Below, piece by piece: positions 50,067 to 57,835 of a DNA stretch of 64,000 nt. Source of the stretch: Coriobacteriia bacterium. Lineage in GTDB: Bacteria > Actinomycetota > Coriobacteriia > Anaerosomatales > SLCP01. A program made the translations under genes and the position numbers. Numbering within the stretch: the stretch's first letter is position 1; every line of letters starts with the position of its first letter. Location of the stretch: positions 1,718-65,717 of the forward strand of contig JACUUN010000004.1 in NCBI GenBank assembly GCA_014859265.1. Reading direction: 5' to 3'. The notes under the pieces are model-generated. The model was not told where the DNA came from, searched no databases, and saw only the letters and a program-made list of their open reading frames with translations.

Positions 50067-50963
50067 TTAGAAGTGAGCGGCGGCGGCGAGCTCCTTCGCG
50101 TGATAGCTCGAGCGCACGAAAGGCGTTGAGGCGACCGCTGCAAATCCGAGCACGCGCGCCTCGCGGGCAAGCTCCTCGAAGACCGCCGGCTCCACGAACC
50201 CGGCCACCGGCAGGTGCGCGGGGCTCGGTCTCAGGTACTGGCCGAGGGTGAGCAGCTCGCAGCCGACCTCCCGCAAGTCGCGGATAACCTCGACGACTTC
50301 GGCCGGTGTCTCCCCGAGTCCGAGCATGAGACCGGACTTGGTGGGCAGCTCTGCGGTGCCGCTCTCGGAGCACCGCTCCCTCGCACGCGCGAGCACGCCG
50401 AGGCTGCGGCGGTACTCCGCACCGGGGCGCACCCCGGGATAGAGCCGGGGGACCGTTTCGAGGTTGTGGCCAAAGACGTCCGGACGAGCATCGACCACCG
50501 CGTCCACGCTTACCGTCCGGCCGCCGAAGTCGCTGGTGAGCACCTCAATGGTCGCCCCCGGCACCGCCACGCGCAACGCCTCGATGACTGCGACGAAGTG
50601 CGCAGCACCGCCGTCCTCGAGATCGTCGCGGGTCACGGCCGTCACCACGACGTGTGAGAGTTCCATACGATGCGCGGCCTCGGCGATGCGAGCCGGCTCA
50701 TCGGCGTCGAGCGGAGTCGGCTTGCGGGTGTCGACCGCGCAGAAGCGGCAGCCGCGCGTGCACGCGTCACCCATGATCAGGAAGGTCGCCGTCCCACTCG
50801 AGTAGCACTCGCCCCGGTTCGGGCACTTCGCGCTCTGGCAGACGGTGTTGAGGCGCAGCTCGCCGAGGAGCCCCTCGACGGCATTGGCCCGACCGGGTGT
50901 CGCGAGCGGGCGACGCAGCCACACGGGGAGGCGCTCCTGCTTCGTGCCGTGTGCGTAGCTCAC
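50067..50963 (-). CDS. lipA: Lipoyl synthase
   Basis: ...NTVCQSAKCPNRGECY...MGDACTRGCRFCAV shows both FeS motifs. GTG start at 50961-50963 with an AGAGGGAG RBS, located after the lpdA stop. The track start at 51011 would overlap lpdA. Confidence 0.9.
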   Translation of the reverse strand: MSYAHGTKQERLPVWLRRPLATPGRANAVEGLLGELRLNTVCQSAKCPNRGECYSSGTATFLIMGDACTRGCRFCAVDTRKPTPLDADEPARIAEAAHRMELSHVVVTAVTRDDLEDGGAAHFVAVIEALRVAVPGATIEVLTSDFGGRTVSVDAVVDARPDVFGHNLETVPRLYPGVRPGAEYRRSLGVLARARERCSESGTAELPTKSGLMLGLGETPAEVVEVIRDLREVGCELLTLGQYLRPSPAHLPVAGFVEPAVFEELAREARVLGFAAVASTPFVRSSYHAKELAAAAHF

Positions 50964-50985
50964 GCCGCCGGCTCCCTCTCTGCTC

Positions 50986-52380
50986 TCAGCAGCCGCACTT
51001 GCCCGCCGCATCGATTGCCGCGAACTTCACGACCTCGCTCACGGTCGGGTGCGCGTGGATGGTTTCCGCAAGGTGACGCACGTCGATGCCGTGGCGCATG
51101 GCCACCGCGACCTCGTGGACGATCTCGACCGCGTGCGGACCGACGATCTGGCAGCCCACGATTCGACCGGTGTCCTTCTCGGCGACCAGCTGAACGAACC
51201 CCTCGCTCTCGCCCTCGCCGAGCGCCTTGCCATTGGCCGCGAACTTGGCGACAGCCTGTACCGCACCGATTCCGCGCTCCTTCGCCGAGTCGCGCGAAGA
51301 GCCAACCACCGCAACCTCGGGGAACGTGTACACGCACGCCGGGACGCAGTCGTAGCGCACCGACTCGAGTTGCGGGGCGGCGCCGACGGTCCTGAGTTCG
51401 GCCACGGCGTTGCGCGCGGCGACCACGCCCTCCTCCTCGGCCACGTGCGCGAGCATCATCCCGCCAATGAGGTCGCCGATCGCATAGACACCCGGCATGT
51501 TCGTGCGGAAGTACTCGTCGACCTTCACGGCCGCGCGGTCCATCTCGATTCCAGCCTCCGGGAAGCCGAAGCCCGCCGAGTTCGGGATGCGCCCCGGCGC
51601 GCTCATGACCACGTCGGCCTCGAGCGACTCGCCGCTGCGCAGGATGGCGCGTACCCGACCGCCGTCCTGCTCCACTCGTTGCACCGCGTCGCCAAGGAAG
51701 AACCGTACACTCATCTCCTCGAGCGCAGCCTGTGTGGCCTTGACGACCCGGCGATCGTTGCCGGGCAGGATCTGCTCCATCAACTCGACGACGGTGACGG
51801 TGCTGCCGAACGCCGCGTATGCGCAAGCGAACTCGAGCCCGATAACGCCGCCGCCGATGATGACGATCTCGGTGGGAATGCGGCCGAGGGAGACCGCGTC
51901 GTCACTCGTCCAGACGCCGGGGAGATCGTGGTCGATGCCAGGAAGCCGGACGGGCACCGATCCCGTGGCCAGGATAACCGCGTCGCCCTCGACGCGCTCG
52001 GTCCCGCCTTCGGCAAGTGCGACCTCGATAGCCAACGGTCCGGCCAACCGGCCTTCCCCGTACACGACCCGCACCTTGAGGCGTTTCGCCGTACTTTCGA
52101 CCTGTCCCACGAGCTCGTCTACCACACCGTCCTTGCGTTCGCGCAGGCGATCGACGTCTACGCGCGCCACAGACGCATCAAGGCCGAACTCGGCCGCGCG
52201 CCTCGTGTCGAACACGATATGTGCCGAGCGGAGAATGGTCTTCGTGGGGATGCAGCCCCAGTTCAGGCACGTGCCTCCAAGACGCTCCCGTTCGATGAGC
52301 ACGACCTCGGCTCCAAGGCGCGCGGCCTCGAACGCAGCAGCGTGTCCGCCCGGTCCCCCACCCAGCACGACGATTCTCAT
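50986..52380 (-). CDS. lpdA: Dihydrolipoyl dehydrogenase
   Basis: MRIVVLGGGPGGHAAAFEAARLG...GGTCLNWGCIPTK..., with the C-terminal HAHPT motif. Confidence 0.9.
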   Translation of the reverse strand: MRIVVLGGGPGGHAAAFEAARLGAEVVLIERERLGGTCLNWGCIPTKTILRSAHIVFDTRRAAEFGLDASVARVDVDRLRERKDGVVDELVGQVESTAKRLKVRVVYGEGRLAGPLAIEVALAEGGTERVEGDAVILATGSVPVRLPGIDHDLPGVWTSDDAVSLGRIPTEIVIIGGGVIGLEFACAYAAFGSTVTVVELMEQILPGNDRRVVKATQAALEEMSVRFFLGDAVQRVEQDGGRVRAILRSGESLEADVVMSAPGRIPNSAGFGFPEAGIEMDRAAVKVDEYFRTNMPGVYAIGDLIGGMMLAHVAEEEGVVAARNAVAELRTVGAAPQLESVRYDCVPACVYTFPEVAVVGSSRDSAKERGIGAVQAVAKFAANGKALGEGESEGFVQLVAEKDTGRIVGCQIVGPHAVEIVHEVAVAMRHGIDVRHLAETIHAHPTVSEVVKFAAIDAAGKCGC

Positions 52381-52508
52381 CGGTCCTCCTCGACACCCGT
52401 TGACGTGGTGCGCATTCTAACACCCGTGCGGGTCCGGTTGGGAACATCGCACACGGCGCACGTTCACGGGGTACGATAACTGCAAGTCCGGGCAACGGAA
52501 GGTTCACG

Positions 52509-53345
52509 ATGTGCCAGTTCTGCGTGCAGCACGGCGACGGCGAGAAGTGGTATCTGCAGGCCGAGAACTACGCCCGCGACCTCGAGAGCGACCTCGCGCG
52601 CCGAGGCTACGTGGTCTCGTTCATCAGCGACTTCGAGGACAACCGCCGCAAGATCCGCGCGGGGCTCGCCACCCTGCGGTTCATGCCCAAGCCGGTGGCC
52701 GACTCGCTTCGCGAGCGCTTCTCGCGCCACATGCAGGAGAACCACTTCGGCCAGCCTGTGCCCATCGAGGAGTGCGAGCGCATCGTCGAGATGGCAACGA
52801 GCGTCGTGCGCATGCCCTGCCTCTGCCGCGGGCAGCGCAAGGTCGAGGAGGGCGTCTGCCTCGTAACCACCGTGCGTCCCGTCGACGACGTGCTCGTCGA
52901 GGGCTGGTCCTCCTACGCCGACGGCCCCGACGTCTCCTCGTTCGAACGCCTCGACTGCGAGGGAACACTCGCGTTGCTGAGGGAGTGCGAGAGGCGCGGC
53001 CTCGCCCACACCATCTGGACGTTCAAGACCCCCTTCATCGCAGCCATCTGTAACTGCGATGTCGCCAGCGGCTGCATGGCTATGAATCTCCAGCTCAAAC
53101 ACGACATCAAGGTCATGTGGAAGGGCGAGTGGGTGGCCCGCCTGGCCGAGGAAGAGTGCACCGCCTGCGGCGCGTGCGTGCCCGCGTGCCCCTTCGGCGC
53201 GCTATCCCGGCCCCGCAACGGCGGCCCGGTGATGCTTGCGGAGAAGTCGTGCTGGGGATGCGGGACGTGCCGGGCGTCATGCGCCAACGGGGCGCTCGCG
53301 CTGGCTGATCGACGCTCGGTACCGGCGGTTGCCGCGAGCTGGTAG
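52509..53345 (+). CDS. FeS protein with C-terminal 2x[4Fe-4S] ferredoxin domain (AOR-associated)
   Basis: MCQFCVQHGDGEKWYL... at the N-terminus. The C-terminus has CTACGACVPACP and CWGCGTCRASCA. Confidence 0.7.
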   Translation: MCQFCVQHGDGEKWYLQAENYARDLESDLARRGYVVSFISDFEDNRRKIRAGLATLRFMPKPVADSLRERFSRHMQENHFGQPVPIEECERIVEMATSVVRMPCLCRGQRKVEEGVCLVTTVRPVDDVLVEGWSSYADGPDVSSFERLDCEGTLALLRECERRGLAHTIWTFKTPFIAAICNCDVASGCMAMNLQLKHDIKVMWKGEWVARLAEEECTACGACVPACPFGALSRPRNGGPVMLAEKSCWGCGTCRASCANGALALADRRSVPAVAASW

Positions 53346-53498
53346 GGCGCAGCACCCGCGCGGTTCGGACCCCGATCTCCGAGATATCTCCATGCGCATT
53401 CCACACCGCGATCTCCCGGCATGGGTATATCCCTTTCGAGGGGAGATCGTGGGTCCTCTCTTTGTCGCCTGTCCCGTTCTGTTGATCGGAGGTAGCGC

Positions 53499-55277
53499 AT
53501 GAAACGAGACCTGTTGCGCGTCAACATGTCTGATCTCAGCATCACCCGAGAACCGCTCCCTGAAGGCTGGCACCGCTACGGAGGCCGGGCGCTGACAGAC
53601 GCAATCGTCTTTTCCGAAGTACCCCCGGACGCCGATCCACTCGGGCCGGACAACGTCCTGGTCTTCTCACCGGGACTCCTCGGCGGCACGAGCGCCCCGA
53701 ATGGCGGCCGCATCTCTGTAGGAGCCAAGAGCCCGCTCACCGGCGGCATCAAGGAGTCCAACTCCGGAGGCCAGGCGGCTCATGCACTCGCACGAATCGG
53801 CATCGGTGCAGTGATCGTCAGCGGAAAGCCGGCTGACCCGCTCGCACGCTACTGCCTCGTCATCGAGGCAGACGGCTCGGCGTCACTGCAGCGCGTCGAC
53901 GAATGGGCAGGGCTTGGCAACTACGAGCTCGCCGACGAGATCGCTGCCACCCGCCCCGAGGGCGACCGCTACGCGACCATCCAGACCGGACCTGCCGGTG
54001 AAGCCGGCGCCAAGGCCGCAGGCATCGCCATCTCTGACCCCAAAGGCTATCCGAATCGCTTTGCCGGACGTGGTGGTCTCGGCTCGGTCATGGGCAGCAA
54101 GGGCCTCAAAGCCATCGTGATCTCCGACAAGGGTCTCCCCTACACGGAACACGCCGACAAGGATGCGTTCCAGGCGGCGCTCAAGCGGTTCGCGTCCGCC
54201 CTCAAGGAGCACGCCGTCACCGGCCAGGCGCTGCCCACCTACGGCACCAACGTTCTCACCAACATCCTATCCGAGGCTGGCGGGCTGCCCACCCGCAACT
54301 TCTCCGAGGGCTCCTTCGAGAAGGCCGATGACGTCGGCGGCGAGCGCCAGCGCGAAACGATCCTCGCTCGTGGTGGCCACGAGCACCACGGATGTCACAC
54401 CGGATGCACCATCCAGTGCTCGCGCTACTGGATGGACAAGGACGGCCACTACAAGACCAAGGGGCCGGAATACGAGACCGTCTGGTCGTTCGGTGCGGAC
54501 TGCGGTATCGGGGATCTCGATGAGATCGCCGATCTCGACCGCGCCTGCGGCAACCTGGGACTCGACACCATCGAGATGGGTGCCACGATGGCCGTCTACA
54601 TGGACTCCGGCAAGCTCGCGTTCGGCGATGCGAAGGGTGCGCTCGCAGCTCTCTTGAGCGGTGCCGAGGGCGGCGAGCCGGGCCGGGTGCTGTGGGACGG
54701 TGCTCTTGCAACCGGCAAGGCGTTCGGTGTCGCTCACATCCCCGTGGTCAAGAGCCAGGCGCTTCCCGCGTATGACCCGCGTCCGGTCATGGGCATCGGA
54801 GTGACGTACGCGACCTCCCCACAGGGTGCCGATCACACCGCCGGCTACACCATCACAGCCAACATCCTCAGCGTTGGCGGCAACGTCGACCCGCTCAAGC
54901 CGGAAGGCCAGGCGGAGCTTTCGAAGAACCTGCAGATCGCAACCGCGATGCTCGACAGCGTCGGCCTCTGCATCTTCGTCGCGTTCGCCGTGCTTGACAT
55001 CCCGGACGCGTTCACCGCCATCCACGACATGGTAGAGGCGCACACCGGTGATCCGTGGGATCCCGACGCACTCATGCAGCTCGGCAAGGAGACGCTCGTC
55101 TTCGAGCGGCTCTTCAACGAGAAGGCCGGGTTCACGAGTGCCGACGATCGGCTCCCCGGATTCTTCAAGACCGTGCCGCTGCCTCCGCACAACATCGTGT
55201 TCCAGGTCACCGACGAGGACCTGGACAGCGTGTTCGACTTCGTGCCGGAGACAGCCGCCCAGATGGGCGTGTCGTAG
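53499..55277 (+). CDS. aor: Aldehyde:ferredoxin oxidoreductase (tungstopterin family)
   Basis: 592 aa: ...YGGRALTDAIV...GRISVGAKSPLTGGIKESNSGG...HGCHTGCTIQC... Confidence 0.92.
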   Translation: MKRDLLRVNMSDLSITREPLPEGWHRYGGRALTDAIVFSEVPPDADPLGPDNVLVFSPGLLGGTSAPNGGRISVGAKSPLTGGIKESNSGGQAAHALARIGIGAVIVSGKPADPLARYCLVIEADGSASLQRVDEWAGLGNYELADEIAATRPEGDRYATIQTGPAGEAGAKAAGIAISDPKGYPNRFAGRGGLGSVMGSKGLKAIVISDKGLPYTEHADKDAFQAALKRFASALKEHAVTGQALPTYGTNVLTNILSEAGGLPTRNFSEGSFEKADDVGGERQRETILARGGHEHHGCHTGCTIQCSRYWMDKDGHYKTKGPEYETVWSFGADCGIGDLDEIADLDRACGNLGLDTIEMGATMAVYMDSGKLAFGDAKGALAALLSGAEGGEPGRVLWDGALATGKAFGVAHIPVVKSQALPAYDPRPVMGIGVTYATSPQGADHTAGYTITANILSVGGNVDPLKPEGQAELSKNLQIATAMLDSVGLCIFVAFAVLDIPDAFTAIHDMVEAHTGDPWDPDALMQLGKETLVFERLFNEKAGFTSADDRLPGFFKTVPLPPHNIVFQVTDEDLDSVFDFVPETAAQMGVS

Positions 55278-55343
55278 GTACTGCCGGGGCGGATGCGACT
55301 CTGTCCGTATCCGCCCCGCGCACCGGTTCGGAAAGGTGTCTTC

Positions 55344-55583
55344 ATGCAAATCAGGGTCGCACTCTTCGCGCACCTCTCCCGCTTCCAGCCTGATGGAGAG
55401 GCCGGACGTGAGCCTCGCGTGTTCGAGTTACCCGAGGGCACAACCGTCGGGGCGGTGATCGAGTCGCTCGGCCTCCCGGACGAGCCACGGGTGCTCTTTG
55501 TGAATGGCCGTCACGCAGAGGAGGGCACCGTGCTCAGCGAGGGTGACCGTCTGGCTATCTTCCCACCGGTGGCTGGCGGCTAA
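55344..55583 (+). CDS. MoaD/ThiS-family ubiquitin-like sulfur carrier (C-terminal GG)
   Basis: MQIRVALFAHL...LFVNGRHAEEGTVLSEGDRLAIFPPVAGG*, with a GAAAGGTG RBS. Confidence 0.8.
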   Translation: MQIRVALFAHLSRFQPDGEAGREPRVFELPEGTTVGAVIESLGLPDEPRVLFVNGRHAEEGTVLSEGDRLAIFPPVAGG

Positions 55584-55585
55584 CG

Positions 55586-56224
55586 ATGAACTCCGAAACT
55601 CCCCGCGAATGCCCTCCTCCCCTGGAACCTGAAGACGACCCGGCACTCAGGGCCCGACTCGCGGCCTCTCACGTCGCAATCATCGGCTGCGGCGGACTCG
55701 GCAGCAACGCAGCCGCCATGCTCGTACGCTCCGGTGTGGCGACGCTCACCCTCATCGACTACGACACCGTCGAAGAGGACAACCTCAATCGGCAGCTGTT
55801 CTTCCGCGATCAGCTCGGCATGCACAAGACCGATGCAATCACAGAAACACTGCGGCGCATCAAACCCGATGTCCACCTCACGCTCGTGCGCGAGTGCATG
55901 GACCCGGACAATCTGCTCTCCTCCGTCGGTGACGCCGACGTGGTCATCGAAGCGGTCGACAGGGCCGAGACAAAAGCGATGATCGTCAACGTCCTGTCGA
56001 ACACTGCACCACACCTGCCCCTGGTAAGCGCCTCGGGACTCGCAGGATTCGACTCGGCGAACGAGGTCGTCACCGAGCGCATCGGCGAGAACTTCTATCT
56101 CGTAGGCGATTGTCGGAGCGACGTTCGGGCCGGGCTGCCGCTGCTCGCGTCACGCGTGATGGTCGCCGCAGCCCACCAGTCGCACGCGGCGATTCGTGTC
56201 CTCCTCGGTTATCCGGAGCCGTAG
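55586..56224 (+). CDS. Short ThiF/MoeB-family adenylyltransferase (E1-like)
   Basis: HVAIIGCGGLGSNAAAMLVRSGVATLTLIDYDTVEEDNLNRQ..., 212 aa. It starts 2 nt after the carrier gene. Confidence 0.8.
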   Translation: MNSETPRECPPPLEPEDDPALRARLAASHVAIIGCGGLGSNAAAMLVRSGVATLTLIDYDTVEEDNLNRQLFFRDQLGMHKTDAITETLRRIKPDVHLTLVRECMDPDNLLSSVGDADVVIEAVDRAETKAMIVNVLSNTAPHLPLVSASGLAGFDSANEVVTERIGENFYLVGDCRSDVRAGLPLLASRVMVAAAHQSHAAIRVLLGYPEP

Positions 56225-56264
56225 GAGCGCCAGGCCACCGCGGGACCCGCCGACGGGCAGCTTC

Positions 56265-57137
56265 CTACGCGAGCCCCGCGCCCTCGAGAATGCGTACGAC
56301 AGCGTCGTCGGCACCGAGCGGCATGATGTGGACCCCGTCGGCGATCTCGCGCACCGCACGCACCTGCTCGATGGCGAGTTGCACTGACTCCTCGAACGGG
56401 TCGCCCGCGCCCCTCACGCGCTCGGCCAGTTCGTCGGGGACCATGAGGCCCGCGAGACGGGTGTTGATGAAGTCGATAACGCGCGGGCTCTTGAGGAGCA
56501 GGATGCCGGCGATCACTTTCACGCCGTAGGGGCGCCACGCCTCGACCGCCTCGGCGAAGCGCTCGATGTCCATGGTCGCCTGCGTCTGGAAGAAACGCGC
56601 GCCCGCCTCGATCTTGCGGATCGCGCGAGCCGACTGGATGTCGAACGGCTCGGCCTCGGGGAACGCAGCCGCACCGATGTAGAAGCCGGTACCGCCAGCC
56701 ATCTCCCTGCCGAGCATGTCGCGGCCCTCGTTCATGCCGGTCGCGATCTCGATGAGCTGTGTGGAGTCGAGGTCGAAGACGCCCTTAGCCTGCGGGTGGT
56801 CTCCCCCGCGCGGGTCATCGCCGGTCACGATGAGCACGTTCTCTAGGCCGAGCGTGGCGGCGGCGAGCAGGTCGGACTGGAGTGCGAGCCGGTTGCGGTC
56901 GCGACACGTCTGCTGGAAGATCGGCTCGAAACCCGCCTCGAGCACCGCGCGGGATGCCGCGAGGCTCGAAAGGTGCAGCGTGGCTCCCTGGTTGTCCGTG
57001 ACGTTCAGCGCATGCGTGACCGGACCGAGCACCTCGACCGAGCGCTTCATCGCGCTCATGTCGGTCCCGAGCGGCGGTGCGACCTCGCCGGTGACGACGA
57101 ACTCGCCGCGTTCGAGCGCATCCCGGAGCCGGCTCAT
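56265..57137 (-). CDS. metF: Methylenetetrahydrofolate reductase
   Basis: MSRLRDALERGEFVVTGEVAPPLGTD...ALNVTDNQGA...TCRDRNRLALQSDLL...FFQTQ. ATGA overlap with metV. Confidence 0.88.
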   Translation of the reverse strand: MSRLRDALERGEFVVTGEVAPPLGTDMSAMKRSVEVLGPVTHALNVTDNQGATLHLSSLAASRAVLEAGFEPIFQQTCRDRNRLALQSDLLAAATLGLENVLIVTGDDPRGGDHPQAKGVFDLDSTQLIEIATGMNEGRDMLGREMAGGTGFYIGAAAFPEAEPFDIQSARAIRKIEAGARFFQTQATMDIERFAEAVEAWRPYGVKVIAGILLLKSPRVIDFINTRLAGLMVPDELAERVRGAGDPFEESVQLAIEQVRAVREIADGVHIMPLGADDAVVRILEGAGLA

Positions 57138-57835
57138 CGGCCAGCCTCTCCCGTGCTGCCAGCCCGCTTGCGCCCGCGCTCGCGCCCCTCTCGCAGGTTC
57201 ACGCTGCCGGGCTTGAGCTTCGCGCTGAAATCCTTCGGCGGGACGATGCCGTGGGCCGTGACCCGACCCTGCTCGGCAAGGCGGCGCTGGATGCGCACGT
57301 GTGTGCACTCGCGATTGGTGAGCACCTCGCACATGCCGCCCCACATGCCGCCGCACGGGCCGTTGAGCAACCCTTTCGGACATGTCGTGACCGGGCAGAT
57401 GCCAGCTGTCAGATCGAGCACGCAGTCACCACACATCTGGCAACGCTCCTCGTAGATCCCGTGACGCACCACGTTGCCGAGGAAGACGCTCTCTAATCCT
57501 GGGAAGACCGGCTTGCTTGTGGCATCGGCGACCGTCTGGACGCCCGCGCCACACGAAAGCACGAGCACGGCATCGGCCTCCTCGATGCTGCCGGAGTTGC
57601 GGCGGGTCTCGAGCCTGGTCCCGCCCGAGTGACAGGCGACCTCGCCCACCGCCCAGCCGGTGACCTCATGGCCCTCCTGCTCGAGCCGCGCCTTCGCCTC
57701 GAGTATCTCCTCTTCGCCGCCGGTGTGTACCACGGTGGCGCACTGCCCGCAGCCCATGATGAAGACCTTACGCGCGTGGACCTCGTCTAAGTTGCGGAGG
57801 ATGCGCTCCCAATCGCGCGGCCTCGTGATTATCAT
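57134..57835 (-). CDS. metV: MTHFR-associated Cys-rich subunit (MetV; MTHFR C-terminal-domain protein)
   Basis: ...FIMGCGQCATV...CQMCGDCVLDLTAGICPVTTCPKGLLNGPCGG... ATGA overlap with metH. Confidence 0.8.
   Translation of the reverse strand: MIITRPRDWERILRNLDEVHARKVFIMGCGQCATVVHTGGEEEILEAKARLEQEGHEVTGWAVGEVACHSGGTRLETRRNSGSIEEADAVLVLSCGAGVQTVADATSKPVFPGLESVFLGNVVRHGIYEERCQMCGDCVLDLTAGICPVTTCPKGLLNGPCGGMWGGMCEVLTNRECTHVRIQRRLAEQGRVTAHGIVPPKDFSAKLKPGSVNLREGRERGRKRAGSTGEAGR

Noticed and set aside
50960-52507. Long ORFs antisense or off-frame to lpdA (50960..51826, 51049..52479, 51497..52420).
   Set aside because: These are low-complexity Arg/Gly/Pro translations fully inside an unambiguous dihydrolipoyl dehydrogenase gene.
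53346-53498. Moco/Tuco riboswitch upstream of aor.
   Set aside because: The conserved GCCUCC...GGAAAGG-type segments, as I remember them, are not found. Only a CUCCGAG coincidence is present. The region is reported as an unclassified structured leader instead.
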